Source: Patescibacteria group bacterium
GTDB lineage: Bacteria; Patescibacteriota; Microgenomatia; JAMCYU01
Assembly: GCA_023473585.1 (NCBI GenBank)
Contig: JAMCYU010000001.1
Coordinates: 66,507-130,506 of the forward strand
DNA: 64,000 bases
Reading direction: 5' to 3'
The notes below the pieces were generated by a model, which saw nothing but the letters and a program-made list of their open reading frames with translations, made no database searches and was not told the origin of the DNA. Positions 30,572 to 40,694 of the stretch are shown piece after piece; the first letter of the stretch is position 1, and each line of letters opens with the position of its first letter. The translations under genes were made by a program, and so were the position numbers.

Positions 30572-30580
30572 ATTATACCA
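30572..30580 (-). promoter_or_regulatory. Extended -10 promoter (TGGTATAAT), probably leaderless, for wzx operon
   Basis: TATAAT ends 7 nt before ATG 30564. Confidence 0.6.
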
Positions 30581-30588
30581 AAGTAGCC

Positions 30589-31311
30589 TTACTTTCTCCA
30601 AGGACGACTAAAGAAGAGACGAAGAAGACCTTTTAGATCTCCAGAGACTGTTTTGAGGACACGGACGGTTGAACCGGGATTATCGGTCCAAATTACCGGC
30701 TCTTCATAAAGCTTGTAACCGGATTTTTCTCCGGTAATTAAAAGCTCGCTGTCGAAAAACCACTCGTTATCTATTATTTTGGGCAAAAGTTCGCTTACGA
30801 CTCGTCTATTAACAGCCTTAAATCCGCATTGGGCGTCTGAAAAACTGATCTGGAAAAGAAGTTTGACGATGAGATTGTAGCTTCTTGAAAGAATTTCTCT
30901 TTTAAGAGTTCTGCCGCTAACCCTTGATTTCGGCAAGAGCCTTGAACCCAAAGCGATATCAAAACCATTCTCAAGGGCCTTGATGATCGCCGGCAGATGA
31001 CCTAAATTGGTTGAAAGATCTATGTCCATATAACAATAATAATCAGCCCTATAAGATGCCCAGGCTTTTTTAAGAGCCAAACCTCGGCCTTTTTCTTCAA
31101 GACGCAAAAAACTTATTCTTGGGTATTTTTGTCCTAAATTCTTACCGATCTCTCGTGTTTTATCTGTCGAGGCATTATCAACAATCATAATCTGGAAGTT
31201 TTTTTCACCTAACGGCGCGATAAAATCCTTAATTTTTAAGACATTTTTTTCCAGTTCTTGTTCTTCGTTATAAACCGGCAAAGCGATCAATATTTTAGGA
31301 CCGTTTTTCAT
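30589..31311 (-). CDS. GT2, dolichyl-phosphate beta-glucosyltransferase-like (ALG5 type)
   Basis: PVYNEE, KGRGLAL, YMDIDLST, GSR, DAQCGFKA, WFFDSELL. Confidence 0.9.
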   Translation of the reverse strand: MKNGPKILIALPVYNEEQELEKNVLKIKDFIAPLGEKNFQIMIVDNASTDKTREIGKNLGQKYPRISFLRLEEKGRGLALKKAWASYRADYYCYMDIDLSTNLGHLPAIIKALENGFDIALGSRLLPKSRVSGRTLKREILSRSYNLIVKLLFQISFSDAQCGFKAVNRRVVSELLPKIIDNEWFFDSELLITGEKSGYKLYEEPVIWTDNPGSTVRVLKTVSGDLKGLLRLFFSRPWRK

Positions 31312-32998
31312 GTTTAGGCAAAAATAATAGCATAATCAGGCTAAAAAAACTAATTACCGACGCAAAATTACCCAAGGTCCTTAATGGTGTATCGTTAAAG
31401 ACGACCTCAACCAAATGACTCCCTTTGGGAACAGCGACGGTTATCAATTTAAATTTATTGTTGTCGTCAATTTTGGTTTTTTGACCGTCGATTTTAACCT
31501 CCCAGCCGGGAAAATTATAGGTGTTAACCGTTAATTTCCCTCCTTCGCCAAAGACTTCATATTTTTTCTCATGAGGTAAAATTTGTTTTTCTTTAACCTG
31601 AAGCCTACCATCCGAAACAAAAGAATTTATCGGTATTTCTTCCCTTTTAATATCAACTTGAGTCGTTTGAATATCCGAAAGCACGGTCGCAATTCCCTTT
31701 GGGACATATTCAAACGACATTTTGCTTACCCGCCAATTTAACTCTTCTTTTGTCGTGTAGTCTTTATCCGTAACTTCAAGATAACGGGCCGGCCGAAAAT
31801 AATCCCTATTAAGGAGGACAACAAAGGCAATCAAGAAAGCTAACATTAACCATTTGGTAAAAGGCTGACGAATTTTAGAGACGTAACTTGCCAAACCGCC
31901 CGCCAAAAGAGAGGAAAAAAGAGCGGTAAAAACTAAAAACCGCCAGGGAAATTGAACATACCAAAGCGGCTGCAGCTTATCCCAAATGAATTGGGAGTAA
32001 AAACTCGCCATGAATAAAGAAAACATAAAACATAAAACATAAAACATAAAAACTTGCCACTCTTTTCTCTTTTTCAAAAAAAGATATAAACCGAAAACGC
32101 CTCCCAAGAAACTTAAAAGCAGGTGCAATTTGCCCACCTCAAAGGAGATCCCGTCGTTTAGTCCGTAAATTGACCCTCCATAACCCCAGGGAGAACTTAT
32201 AAACTGACGTAAATAAACAAAGTGAAGTTTATAAGATGCCAACTCTCCGGTTAAAATCTGATCAACCAGAGTATATTGCCGTTCAAGAAGGGCCGGCAAC
32301 CAAAAGTAAGCGCTTAAGCCTAAAAATAGCATGAAGGAACAAAGAAAAGACAGGATAATTTTTTTCTTATCCTTCTTTGGTAAAACTAAAAAGCCGGCAA
32401 AGGCAAAATAAAATGGCAAAAAGATTAAAGCTATCAGATTGTGGCTTAGAAGCAGTAATGACAAAAAACAACTATTGATAACTAGCCAATTTCTGTTTCT
32501 TTCTTTAATTAATTTGAAGGTCGACCATAAAACCGCCGGTAAGAAAACAAAAGCGTAAAATTCTGCCAAGGCTCCCCGAACATAGAGATCAAGCGAATGA
32601 TACGGCGCATAAAGATAAAAAACCGCCGTAACCAAGCCGCCGCTTTTGCCAAAGAATTCTTTAGCCAGAAGATAACTGAAAAGTCCCGATAAAAGAAACC
32701 CCAGTCCCATCACTATCTTTGTGGAGTCAATTAAAGAAATTCCCAGAAGATGGAAAATCTCTCCAAAGTAATAAACAAAGGGCGGATAAAAATTGAAAAA
32801 AGGATAACCAAAACCAAAGCCTAATCCGTCAATCCACCTTGGTGGAAATTGACCGGCGGAAAGGGTTTGGTTCAGCTCAAAAAGTCTGGCAATCTGTTCA
32901 TCGTCATGCATGGGGAAAAATCCCGAATGAAAAAGAGGGAAAACGGCCCAAAAGCTTAAAAACAAAAGAAGAAAAAACGGCAATAATTTTTTAAACAT
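31295..32998 (-). CDS. PTPS-related/YfhO-like GT-C membrane protein (paralogue 2 of 3)
   Basis: MHDDEQ..RL, GQFPPRW, GFGYPFFNFYPP, RGALAE, QFPWRFL, FPGW. Confidence 0.8.
   Translation of the reverse strand: MFKKLLPFFLLLFLSFWAVFPLFHSGFFPMHDDEQIARLFELNQTLSAGQFPPRWIDGLGFGFGYPFFNFYPPFVYYFGEIFHLLGISLIDSTKIVMGLGFLLSGLFSYLLAKEFFGKSGGLVTAVFYLYAPYHSLDLYVRGALAEFYAFVFLPAVLWSTFKLIKERNRNWLVINSCFLSLLLLSHNLIALIFLPFYFAFAGFLVLPKKDKKKIILSFLCSFMLFLGLSAYFWLPALLERQYTLVDQILTGELASYKLHFVYLRQFISSPWGYGGSIYGLNDGISFEVGKLHLLLSFLGGVFGLYLFLKKRKEWQVFMFYVLCFMFSLFMASFYSQFIWDKLQPLWYVQFPWRFLVFTALFSSLLAGGLASYVSKIRQPFTKWLMLAFLIAFVVLLNRDYFRPARYLEVTDKDYTTKEELNWRVSKMSFEYVPKGIATVLSDIQTTQVDIKREEIPINSFVSDGRLQVKEKQILPHEKKYEVFGEGGKLTVNTYNFPGWEVKIDGQKTKIDDNNKFKLITVAVPKGSHLVEVVFNDTPLRTLGNFASVISFFSLIMLLFLPKHEKRS
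32020..32047. repeat. Perfect heptamer tandem repeat (AAAACAT)x4 inside CDS
   Basis: aaaacat aaaacat aaaacat aaaacat; encodes MFYVLCFMF on the minus strand. Confidence 0.9.
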
Positions 32999-34556
32999 CT
33001 TTTAATTTCCTCCTGAAGAGCAAACCCAAAATTAAACCTGTAAAGGTGACGAAACTTAAAATATCGCTTAACTTCCGCAGGGTCGTTTCTTCCCATAAAA
33101 CTTCAATTTTATGTTTACCCTGGGGAACTGATAGAAAAATCAGCCCGCCTTCATTCTCAAAAAAAATTGCGGTCTTAACTTCGTCGATTTCAGCCAGCCA
33201 GCCGGGGAAATAAACGAGATTAACTTTGATTGTTGTTTCTGTCTGGTTTTCTGTCGTAAAAATAATTCTTCGCGAATTTTGCAAAATCAGGTTTATTTGG
33301 CCTTGACCAGAAACTAATTCGATCTTTTTTCCCGGATGATTAGCGGGAAAATTTTTTACCCATCGCGGGGTGTATTCTCTTTTTACCGTCGTCGTGTCTT
33401 CATTAGTCGTATAAAACTCTTCTGTTCTTAGCTCATATTTTATTTGGTTAAGACGCGGCCATGAGGAAAGAAAAAAGACAACAAGGATTAAAATTCCGAC
33501 ACTCAATTTAGTTTTCGAAGACAGAGTATTAAGCGAAAAAGCGGTTAAAAAACTTAAACAAATGATCGCTAAAGAAAGAAAACGCCAGGGAAACTGAACC
33601 AGTTTGGGTAGCGGTATAACCTGCCAAACAACGCTAGATAGCGGCATGGCCAAAAAAATAGAAAGAAGAAAAATTATTAAAAATAATAAAGCTTTTTTGT
33701 CTCTTTTCTTTAAAAGAATTAATAAAGAACCTGAAGCCAAAATAAGACTCTCCCAACCCAAAAGAGAGAAATTTTTGCTGTTTAGGAAAAAGTTTTGCCA
33801 TTGGGAAACCGTTACCTGACTAAAAATGGTGTCTTGTTGATCCCAAAGGGCCGGTACCCAGAAAAAAGCGGAAAGAAGAAAGGCAAGAAGAAAGGAAAGT
33901 ATCAGACCGGAGGTCTTAAACATTTTTCCCAAAAAACCGTAGAGAAAAATTACCGGTAAAAAAATCAGAGCCAGGGTGTTGTGCGAGGTAATTAAGATTG
34001 CGGTAAAAAGGGCGGTCAAAAAAATATTTTTCTTTTCCACCAACCAGAAAATTAACGGTAAAATGGCCAAAGCTACCGCCTCGCCCAACGAACCTCTGGT
34101 ATAAATGTCGAAAAGATGATAAGGAGCGTAAAGATAAACAAAACTGCCAACCAAAGCCGGCCAAGAAGGAAACAATTTCCTAAGCCAAAGATAACAAAAG
34201 ATACCCGAGAAAATGAGACTTAGACCAAAGAGTATTTTAATCGACAAAATAAAATTAAATCCCAAAAGATGGATCATTTCTCCCAAATAAAGAGCTCCGG
34301 GGTAAAGAAAATTGAAAACAGGGTAACCATACCCGAAGTTTAAACGGCCGGCCCAGCGAACCGGAAATTGGCCATCACGAAGACTACGGTGAAAATCAGA
34401 CAGCCTAACAATCATCCAACCGCCGTCATCACTCACAAACATCCCTGGCCGAAAAAGTGGTAAAAGCAAAGGAACAGTCAAAACAAAAAGAAGCAAAAAC
34501 GGCCAAAGGTGAGTTTTGTTTTTTTTAAGATAAGTTTTTATTTTTTCCATAGACAT
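32991..34556 (-). CDS. PTPS-related/YfhO-like GT-C membrane protein (paralogue 3 of 3)
   Basis: SDDGGW..RL, GQFPVRW, GYGYPVFNF, RGSLGE, QFPWRFL, YFPGW. Alternative start at 34550. Confidence 0.8.
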   Translation of the reverse strand: MSMEKIKTYLKKNKTHLWPFLLLFVLTVPLLLPLFRPGMFVSDDGGWMIVRLSDFHRSLRDGQFPVRWAGRLNFGYGYPVFNFLYPGALYLGEMIHLLGFNFILSIKILFGLSLIFSGIFCYLWLRKLFPSWPALVGSFVYLYAPYHLFDIYTRGSLGEAVALAILPLIFWLVEKKNIFLTALFTAILITSHNTLALIFLPVIFLYGFLGKMFKTSGLILSFLLAFLLSAFFWVPALWDQQDTIFSQVTVSQWQNFFLNSKNFSLLGWESLILASGSLLILLKKRDKKALLFLIIFLLSIFLAMPLSSVVWQVIPLPKLVQFPWRFLSLAIICLSFLTAFSLNTLSSKTKLSVGILILVVFFLSSWPRLNQIKYELRTEEFYTTNEDTTTVKREYTPRWVKNFPANHPGKKIELVSGQGQINLILQNSRRIIFTTENQTETTIKVNLVYFPGWLAEIDEVKTAIFFENEGGLIFLSVPQGKHKIEVLWEETTLRKLSDILSFVTFTGLILGLLFRRKLKDV

Positions 34557-36921
34557 AAACCGCCAGAACGGTCATAAAACCAAAAACCAACGTGATAGTA
34601 AAACCGGCCTTCAGCGAATCAGGCTCATAGGCAAACTCAACTTTATGCTCTCCCTTAGGAACAATAATCCCTCTAAAGGAATAATTTGTCCTGTATGTTT
34701 TCGTTTGCTTCCCGTCAACTCTGGCATACCATCCGGGATAATAATTATCGGTAAGAACCAAAAGGCCGCTTTTGTCATTGACAGTTTCCATTGACATCTT
34801 GTTGGGAGAGGAAACGGTTAATTTAATTTTTCCCCCAGATTCTACGGGTGGCGGATTGATTTCTTCCTCTAAAACAGCGATTTTTTCCTTATAATCCTTC
34901 TTTAAAAGTTCATCAATAATCTCCTGATTATTGTTTTTGACGATTATTTTTTCGGCAAAATAGATCCTCGGATAGGCTTTTTTATTCTCATAAATCTTAA
35001 ATTTCCCGTCCTGCCAAAGAAGTTCATAACGTTCTGGGGGAAATTTCCATAATTCCGGCTCAAAATTTTCTTTGGGGATATCATTTTTGTCTAAAATGTA
35101 TTTTATGCTCAAGAGATCAAGCATTTTTTCCTTATACTTCCACTCTTCTTTATTGGGATCTAAATTGACATCACTTCTGGGAATAGTTGCCGGAATTTGG
35201 CCATTTCTGGCCGAATAAACAAACTCGCCGTATCTTTTCATAAATAAGGAGTCATAACCATCAGAATAATGCAAAGAGTAAACGGTCGGAAAATTAGTCG
35301 TCACGTAGGTTGCGGCCTGTCCCCAAAATCTGTCAATGCCTGCCTTTTCTTGCAAATAAGTAAAAACCGGATGTTCGGGGAAAAGATATTCTTTTTTGGC
35401 CATGGGCAAATATTTATTGCCAAGATACAAGTATTCCAAAGCGGTAAGGGCAATAAGGCCGTAAAAACAATATCTTCGTAACGCCCCAAATTTGGTCAGA
35501 AACAAGAAAAATAAACCGGCGCCAAAGATTACCGAGGAAAAAGCGAGATTTCTGTAAGTCACCTTAGAAATCTTCAGAACATAGACATTAAGAGAATATT
35601 TGGAGAGAAAGAAATACGTTATGGTCAAAAGCGCGGTCAACAAGAAAAGGAATAGGGCCGGTTTTAGAGAAATTTTTAAATCTTTATTCTTTATCATTTT
35701 GTCTAGGCTTATGGCCGCAACGATAACCAGACAAAATTGAAAAATAAATAAAAATCTGGCCACAACGCCGGTTGAAAGAATGGGAATTTTAAAAATCATG
35801 GGAAAATAACCAAGAGGGGTTTGAAGAGAAAAAATCCAGGCCACCAAACCCATGATTAAAAACCACTTGCCTACTCCCAGCTCAATCTTTTTTTTGTACC
35901 AAAGGTAAAGCCCCGTAAGGGTAACCATTAAAGGGACGCAACCAAACCAGTGATTAAAGTCGGTGTGTTGGTCTCCCCAATAATTATGGGTAGCCATATT
36001 GCCGAAAAAATCTGCCGAAAGCAAGGTTAAAATATTTCTTGGCGGAGCCAGTGATTTTTCATAAAGACTCTCCGAAAAGGTTCCTTCCCTTGCGGAAAAT
36101 TTATAAATTTCCCAGGTCGGAAAAAGTTGAATGGCGCTTAGACCTAAGGCCAAGATAAAAACAAGGGTTCCAAAAACAAAAAGCGAGGTTTTTTTGGCCC
36201 TGTCTTTTTCTAGGGCTACCTTCAGAAGCAAAAAAGAAACGCTGATAAAAAGAACATAGAGACTTGTTTGTGAATAACCTCCCAGAATTGAAAGAGCGGT
36301 CGCGATAATGCCGACGAGAAACCATTTTTTCTTCCCTTCGCTCATTTTTTGAAGAGCAAGAAGAATTAAAGGAAGCCATAGGGTTGTATGGCCGATAATC
36401 ATTTGTTCCATCCAGAAAAGTTCAAAACTCATAAAGGCAAAACCCAAACCTCCTAAAAGAGAACTTTCCTGCCCTAATTTTTGGGAACGAAGAAAAAAAT
36501 ACATAAACAGAACCGAAAGAACGGGCTGAATAAGAACAAGAATTGTCCAGGCAATCTTCGGATTGATGAAAATAAACAAAAGATTAAGGGGGTAAAATGT
36601 CCCTGTTTGAACATTGGCGGTTAAGGGGTATCCCGAAAAAGCATAAGGATTCCAAAGCGGTAATTCACCCTTCTTTATTTGAGTTGTATAAAACATTTTC
36701 CAGGGATATTGTTGCCGAAGAGAATCGTCGGCAACTTGGGCTTTATTAGGAACCCAAGAAGAGTATTCCTTAAATCCTCCTGAAGAGAAAGGAAAATAGA
36801 AAGAAACAAGAAGATCGGAGGGAATCGGAAGAAGGCCTCCAAAAATTACTTTTCTGAAAAAAATCAGGAAAAAAAGAACCAAAAAAACCAGAGGAAATCT
36901 TTTTTTAAAGGTTTCAATCAT
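34525..36921 (-). CDS. YfhO-family GT-C membrane protein (paralogue 2 of 2)
   Basis: DSLRQQYPW, PLWNPYAFSGYPL, GYDSL, YYPGW..RTNYSFRGIIVPKGEH. Confidence 0.85.
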   Translation of the reverse strand: MIETFKKRFPLVFLVLFFLIFFRKVIFGGLLPIPSDLLVSFYFPFSSGGFKEYSSWVPNKAQVADDSLRQQYPWKMFYTTQIKKGELPLWNPYAFSGYPLTANVQTGTFYPLNLLFIFINPKIAWTILVLIQPVLSVLFMYFFLRSQKLGQESSLLGGLGFAFMSFELFWMEQMIIGHTTLWLPLILLALQKMSEGKKKWFLVGIIATALSILGGYSQTSLYVLFISVSFLLLKVALEKDRAKKTSLFVFGTLVFILALGLSAIQLFPTWEIYKFSAREGTFSESLYEKSLAPPRNILTLLSADFFGNMATHNYWGDQHTDFNHWFGCVPLMVTLTGLYLWYKKKIELGVGKWFLIMGLVAWIFSLQTPLGYFPMIFKIPILSTGVVARFLFIFQFCLVIVAAISLDKMIKNKDLKISLKPALFLFLLTALLTITYFFLSKYSLNVYVLKISKVTYRNLAFSSVIFGAGLFFLFLTKFGALRRYCFYGLIALTALEYLYLGNKYLPMAKKEYLFPEHPVFTYLQEKAGIDRFWGQAATYVTTNFPTVYSLHYSDGYDSLFMKRYGEFVYSARNGQIPATIPRSDVNLDPNKEEWKYKEKMLDLLSIKYILDKNDIPKENFEPELWKFPPERYELLWQDGKFKIYENKKAYPRIYFAEKIIVKNNNQEIIDELLKKDYKEKIAVLEEEINPPPVESGGKIKLTVSSPNKMSMETVNDKSGLLVLTDNYYPGWYARVDGKQTKTYRTNYSFRGIIVPKGEHKVEFAYEPDSLKAGFTITLVFGFMTVLAVYVYGKNKNLS

Positions 36922-36924
36922 TTT

Positions 36925-38415
36925 TTAGGGCTTAATTTGATAGACGTAGTTGTATCTATCCGTTGTCCCTTTTTTTGTTTTTAAAATAAGTTCAGCCAGC
37001 CAACCCGGTGGTGGTTGATTCTGAAAGAAAATAATATAGGTAGGTTCTGTTTTTGCTTTTTCCATAACCTCCGCCGTCGGTTTGTCCGGTATGGGCCAAA
37101 TTCCCTTAATAAAGACATTGGTATCGTCAACCAGGTATAATTCTATGGCCGCCGGCAATAAACCAAAAGTCCCTTCGGTAAACACCGCAATTTTCTCTTG
37201 CCTGGCTTTCTCCTTAAAAAGGTCAACGCTCTCTTTTATCCCCCAACCCGATGGCCAGTCGTTAAAATACTGATGAGAGTCCGAGCGGGGAATTGGTGCT
37301 TCCGTGGGATTAACGAAAAGTTCATAATCCGTCTTTAAAGGAACAATAAACAAAATAACCAGCAAAAAAATGGTCACTATTTTTTTCTTAAGAAGAGTCC
37401 CTAAATTAAAAAGGGTCTTGGCGCTTAATAAGAAAAGCGGTAGCGTCATAAAAAATATAAAGCGAGGATAGATAACTTTGCCAAATAAGGCTAAACCGAC
37501 AAACGGCACCATAAACCAAGAAAAAAGAAGCAGTTTTTCCCTGAAGAATTTCATCGCCAGAAAACTTAGAAAAACAGTCACAACCAATGGCCAACTTAGA
37601 TAACCAATTATCCAACTCCAAAGGCCCGCCAAATTTCCATAGAAAAAAGTAAACGGATGATTCAACCATTCGGATAATGGGTAAATAAAGGTTGTGTCTT
37701 TTTGAGAAACCATGTGAAAAAACGGGGAAAGACGTAAGACCGAATAGATCATCTGGGAAACAAAACAACTTATTAAAACAAGACATAACCACTTACTTAA
37801 TCTTTTAAGTCTCTCTTTGCAACTGAAATCAAAAAGCAATAAGGAAAAAGGTAAGAGATAGAGAGAGATGAAGCCCGAGGTCTTCGTTAGCATGGTAAAG
37901 CCCATCAGGCCACCCAAAAGGAGGGCGATATCTAAACGCAGGTTTTTCATAAGAAGAATCTCCAGAATTAAGGCCCAAAGCATCAACATGGCCAATAATC
38001 CATCCATGAGCGCCATTCGATCGTAAACCATCGCAAACGGAGAAATCAGGTATAAAAAGCCGGCAATTATCCCAACCTGCCATTTTTGAAAAATGAGTTT
38101 TCCGCCAAAGATTAAACCTAAAATAGACCCCGCTCCGGCCAAAACCGAAATAAATCTGCCGGCCGTGATCGGATCGGAAATTACCCTCATGGCCATCATG
38201 GTTAACCAAATAAAAAGAGGTTGCTTGCCGTCAGTTAGAGAAATAAAACGCCAGTTGGCATCATTCTTGGCAATTTGCGCCCAGCGAAGATAAATCGCCT
38301 CATCAGTAAAGATCGGGAAATTATTCAGTGACAAAAATCGCGAGAAAAAATAAGCTACAAAAATAACAAAAACGGCAAAAATCTCAATTTTCCTAAGATC
38401 CTTAAAAATGGCCAT
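36925..38415 (-). CDS. PMT_2/ArnT-like GT-C glycosyltransferase
   Basis: FTDEAIY, DGKQPLF, YDRMALMD, LTK, YPRF. Confidence 0.82.
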   Translation of the reverse strand: MAIFKDLRKIEIFAVFVIFVAYFFSRFLSLNNFPIFTDEAIYLRWAQIAKNDANWRFISLTDGKQPLFIWLTMMAMRVISDPITAGRFISVLAGAGSILGLIFGGKLIFQKWQVGIIAGFLYLISPFAMVYDRMALMDGLLAMLMLWALILEILLMKNLRLDIALLLGGLMGFTMLTKTSGFISLYLLPFSLLLFDFSCKERLKRLSKWLCLVLISCFVSQMIYSVLRLSPFFHMVSQKDTTFIYPLSEWLNHPFTFFYGNLAGLWSWIIGYLSWPLVVTVFLSFLAMKFFREKLLLFSWFMVPFVGLALFGKVIYPRFIFFMTLPLFLLSAKTLFNLGTLLKKKIVTIFLLVILFIVPLKTDYELFVNPTEAPIPRSDSHQYFNDWPSGWGIKESVDLFKEKARQEKIAVFTEGTFGLLPAAIELYLVDDTNVFIKGIWPIPDKPTAEVMEKAKTEPTYIIFFQNQPPPGWLAELILKTKKGTTDRYNYVYQIKP

Positions 38416-38424
38416 AATCTTTTT

Positions 38425-39516
38425 TTATTTTGTTTTAACTATTATATTACTAAACTTTTCTTTAACCAAATAAGTCAGGAATAAATAAAGGAAGGGCATT
38501 ATTAAAAGAAAATATCTGGGCCAAACGGGAATAAAAAATAAAAACACAAAATAAATCACTAACCAAATGACGATTAGAGAAAGGCTATCGCGCTTCCTTT
38601 TTAAAAGATGAGAGACCAAATACCAGCTGCCGGCGATAAATAAAATCGGCCAGGTAATTTGCCACTCAGAAATATTGACAACGCCATCCCACCAAGTAGG
38701 CCATCGATTTAAAATCATCATGGGAAAGACCATTCCCATTTCCCCTTTAGCCCCCACCGTATAAAAATTCAAAATCCATTTTTGAACTCCCAGAAATTCA
38801 CGAAAGCTATGGCCTAAGAAAAAATAACGGCCATAGGTTAACAAAAAAACGATTATGGCCAAAGGTAAACTTCGAAGAAAATTAATTAGATTCTTCCTTT
38901 TGCTCACAAAAAGATACAGGCCGCAGGTAGCTCCGACTAAAAGACCTGTGGAAACCGTATTTTTTGTTCCGGCCATTAACCCAAAACAAACGGCAAAGAG
39001 AAAAAATTTTTCCTTAAGAAGAAAATAAAAAGTCAGAATAAGAAACATTAAATAAAGCGTATCCAAGTAAGGAGCCCGAAGCTGTTTGTAAAAAAGCGGC
39101 TCGAAAGAAAAAAAAGTTACGGGCAAAAGACTCCAAAATTTATCTTTTAAAAAAAAGAGGTTCAGTTTGTAAAAGCAAAATAAGACTAAGATGCCGGTTA
39201 AAAGCGCAAAAATGTTTTGGTTTTGGAAAATAATAATGGACAAACCGATAAGATATTTCCCAAGCGGCGGCATTTCGGCATTTAAAATACTGGGGTCTTC
39301 TCCGTTAACATAAGCCCAGCCCGCATAAGCGTAAAGACCATCGTCACCGATCGATTCCTTTGACTGCGGATCAACCCATTGTGATTTTAGATAGCGATTT
39401 TGCCAATAAACCGGATCAAATTTCGTTAAGTATTCCTGCCGATATTCAAAAATCCGGAAAAAGAAATTAAAGATAAGAATAAAAAGCAAAATAAAAAGGC
39501 CCAGTTTCTGTTTCAT
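38425..39516 (-). CDS. PMT-like GT-C membrane protein
   Basis: GDDGLY, NAEMPPLGKYLIG (resembles PMT EHPPLGK), YLD, WPRY. Confidence 0.75.
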   Translation of the reverse strand: MKQKLGLFILLFILIFNFFFRIFEYRQEYLTKFDPVYWQNRYLKSQWVDPQSKESIGDDGLYAYAGWAYVNGEDPSILNAEMPPLGKYLIGLSIIIFQNQNIFALLTGILVLFCFYKLNLFFLKDKFWSLLPVTFFSFEPLFYKQLRAPYLDTLYLMFLILTFYFLLKEKFFLFAVCFGLMAGTKNTVSTGLLVGATCGLYLFVSKRKNLINFLRSLPLAIIVFLLTYGRYFFLGHSFREFLGVQKWILNFYTVGAKGEMGMVFPMMILNRWPTWWDGVVNISEWQITWPILFIAGSWYLVSHLLKRKRDSLSLIVIWLVIYFVFLFFIPVWPRYFLLIMPFLYLFLTYLVKEKFSNIIVKTK

Positions 39517-40694
39517 GATTTTCTTTTTGAAAATTTAAGAGAATAAAATCCGGTGATGATCCAGATTAATAAAGAAATCCCTAACGGGATAAGAGTTAAC
39601 CAAAGAGTTAAGTCAGACACGGGCGGTTGATAATGGCCAAAATAAAGAAAGGGCGCATAGCGCAAAAGTAAACCCAAAGTTAAACCCATCGTCATCATCG
39701 TTACGAACCTGCTTTCGGCAATCAGGCTGGCCATGCCGATAACGGTTATAAAATACCAGGGATACGATTCTCTTTGCACGATAACCGGTATTAAAGAAAC
39801 GAGAAAACCAAAAAGTAGCATTTTGATAAACAAAAACCAATTCACGTTTTTCCTCAGTAAGGCGAGAAAATAAAAAGGGAGAAAACTTACGGAGATAAAT
39901 TTAATGCCAAAAGAAAGAAAAAGAAAGAAAAAAGAACTTATTTTTTTTCTTAAAATTAATAAATAAAAGGACACCAGGGCAAAAAACAACATTAAAATAT
40001 CATTATGACTGCTCACTAACGATTCAATGATAATCAGCGGATTAAAGGCAAAAAAAACAAGGGAAAAAAGTTTATCCTGGGGTTTTATCTTTTCCATGAT
40101 TTTGCTTATAAAGAAAGCGCTGCCCAAATAGCCAAGAGTCATTAAGAGTTTAAAATTAAAAAGAGTTAAGGTAAATTTACCCAGACCCAAAAACGAGGGA
40201 ATTAAAGAAAGTCCCAGGAAAACCGGTCCGTGATTATAGGTCGTATGGGTCCAACGCATAAAACGAATCCAAGAATCATCGGGAAAATCAAGCGGTCTAA
40301 ATTGATACGGAGAAAGTCCGTAATGAGTAAAAATTCTTGCCCAAAAAAGATAATTGAAAAGGTCATAAGAAAAGGCAGCGTAGGCAAAAAGTAAAATTCC
40401 GGAGAGGAAAATAAGCAAAAACCATATTTTTCTTTCCGTAAATTTATTTTTCCTAACTAAAGATAAAAAGAGGAAATAAAAAAGAATCAACAATAAAATG
40501 ATGATCAAAAAAATGACTGCGGAAAGCGGACGCTGAAAATACCCAATTTTTATAAAGATGTTTTGTAAGTCACGTGTTATCGGAAAATTGGGAAGAGTCA
40601 GATTAAGGTCTACTTGAGTAAACGAATAAAAAAACAAAGCAAAAATAAGAATTAAGTAGCTTATGGCCAGTATGAAATAGCTTTTATTATTCAT
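39513..40694 (-). CDS. MptA/MptB-like polyprenol-phosphomannose-dependent alpha-mannosyltransferase (GT-C)
   Basis: SYDLFNY, HGP, FNPLIIIE..SSHNDILM, IK, YPWY. Confidence 0.78.
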   Translation of the reverse strand: MNNKSYFILAISYLILIFALFFYSFTQVDLNLTLPNFPITRDLQNIFIKIGYFQRPLSAVIFLIIILLLILFYFLFLSLVRKNKFTERKIWFLLIFLSGILLFAYAAFSYDLFNYLFWARIFTHYGLSPYQFRPLDFPDDSWIRFMRWTHTTYNHGPVFLGLSLIPSFLGLGKFTLTLFNFKLLMTLGYLGSAFFISKIMEKIKPQDKLFSLVFFAFNPLIIIESLVSSHNDILMLFFALVSFYLLILRKKISSFFFLFLSFGIKFISVSFLPFYFLALLRKNVNWFLFIKMLLFGFLVSLIPVIVQRESYPWYFITVIGMASLIAESRFVTMMTMGLTLGLLLRYAPFLYFGHYQPPVSDLTLWLTLIPLGISLLIWIITGFYSLKFSKRKS

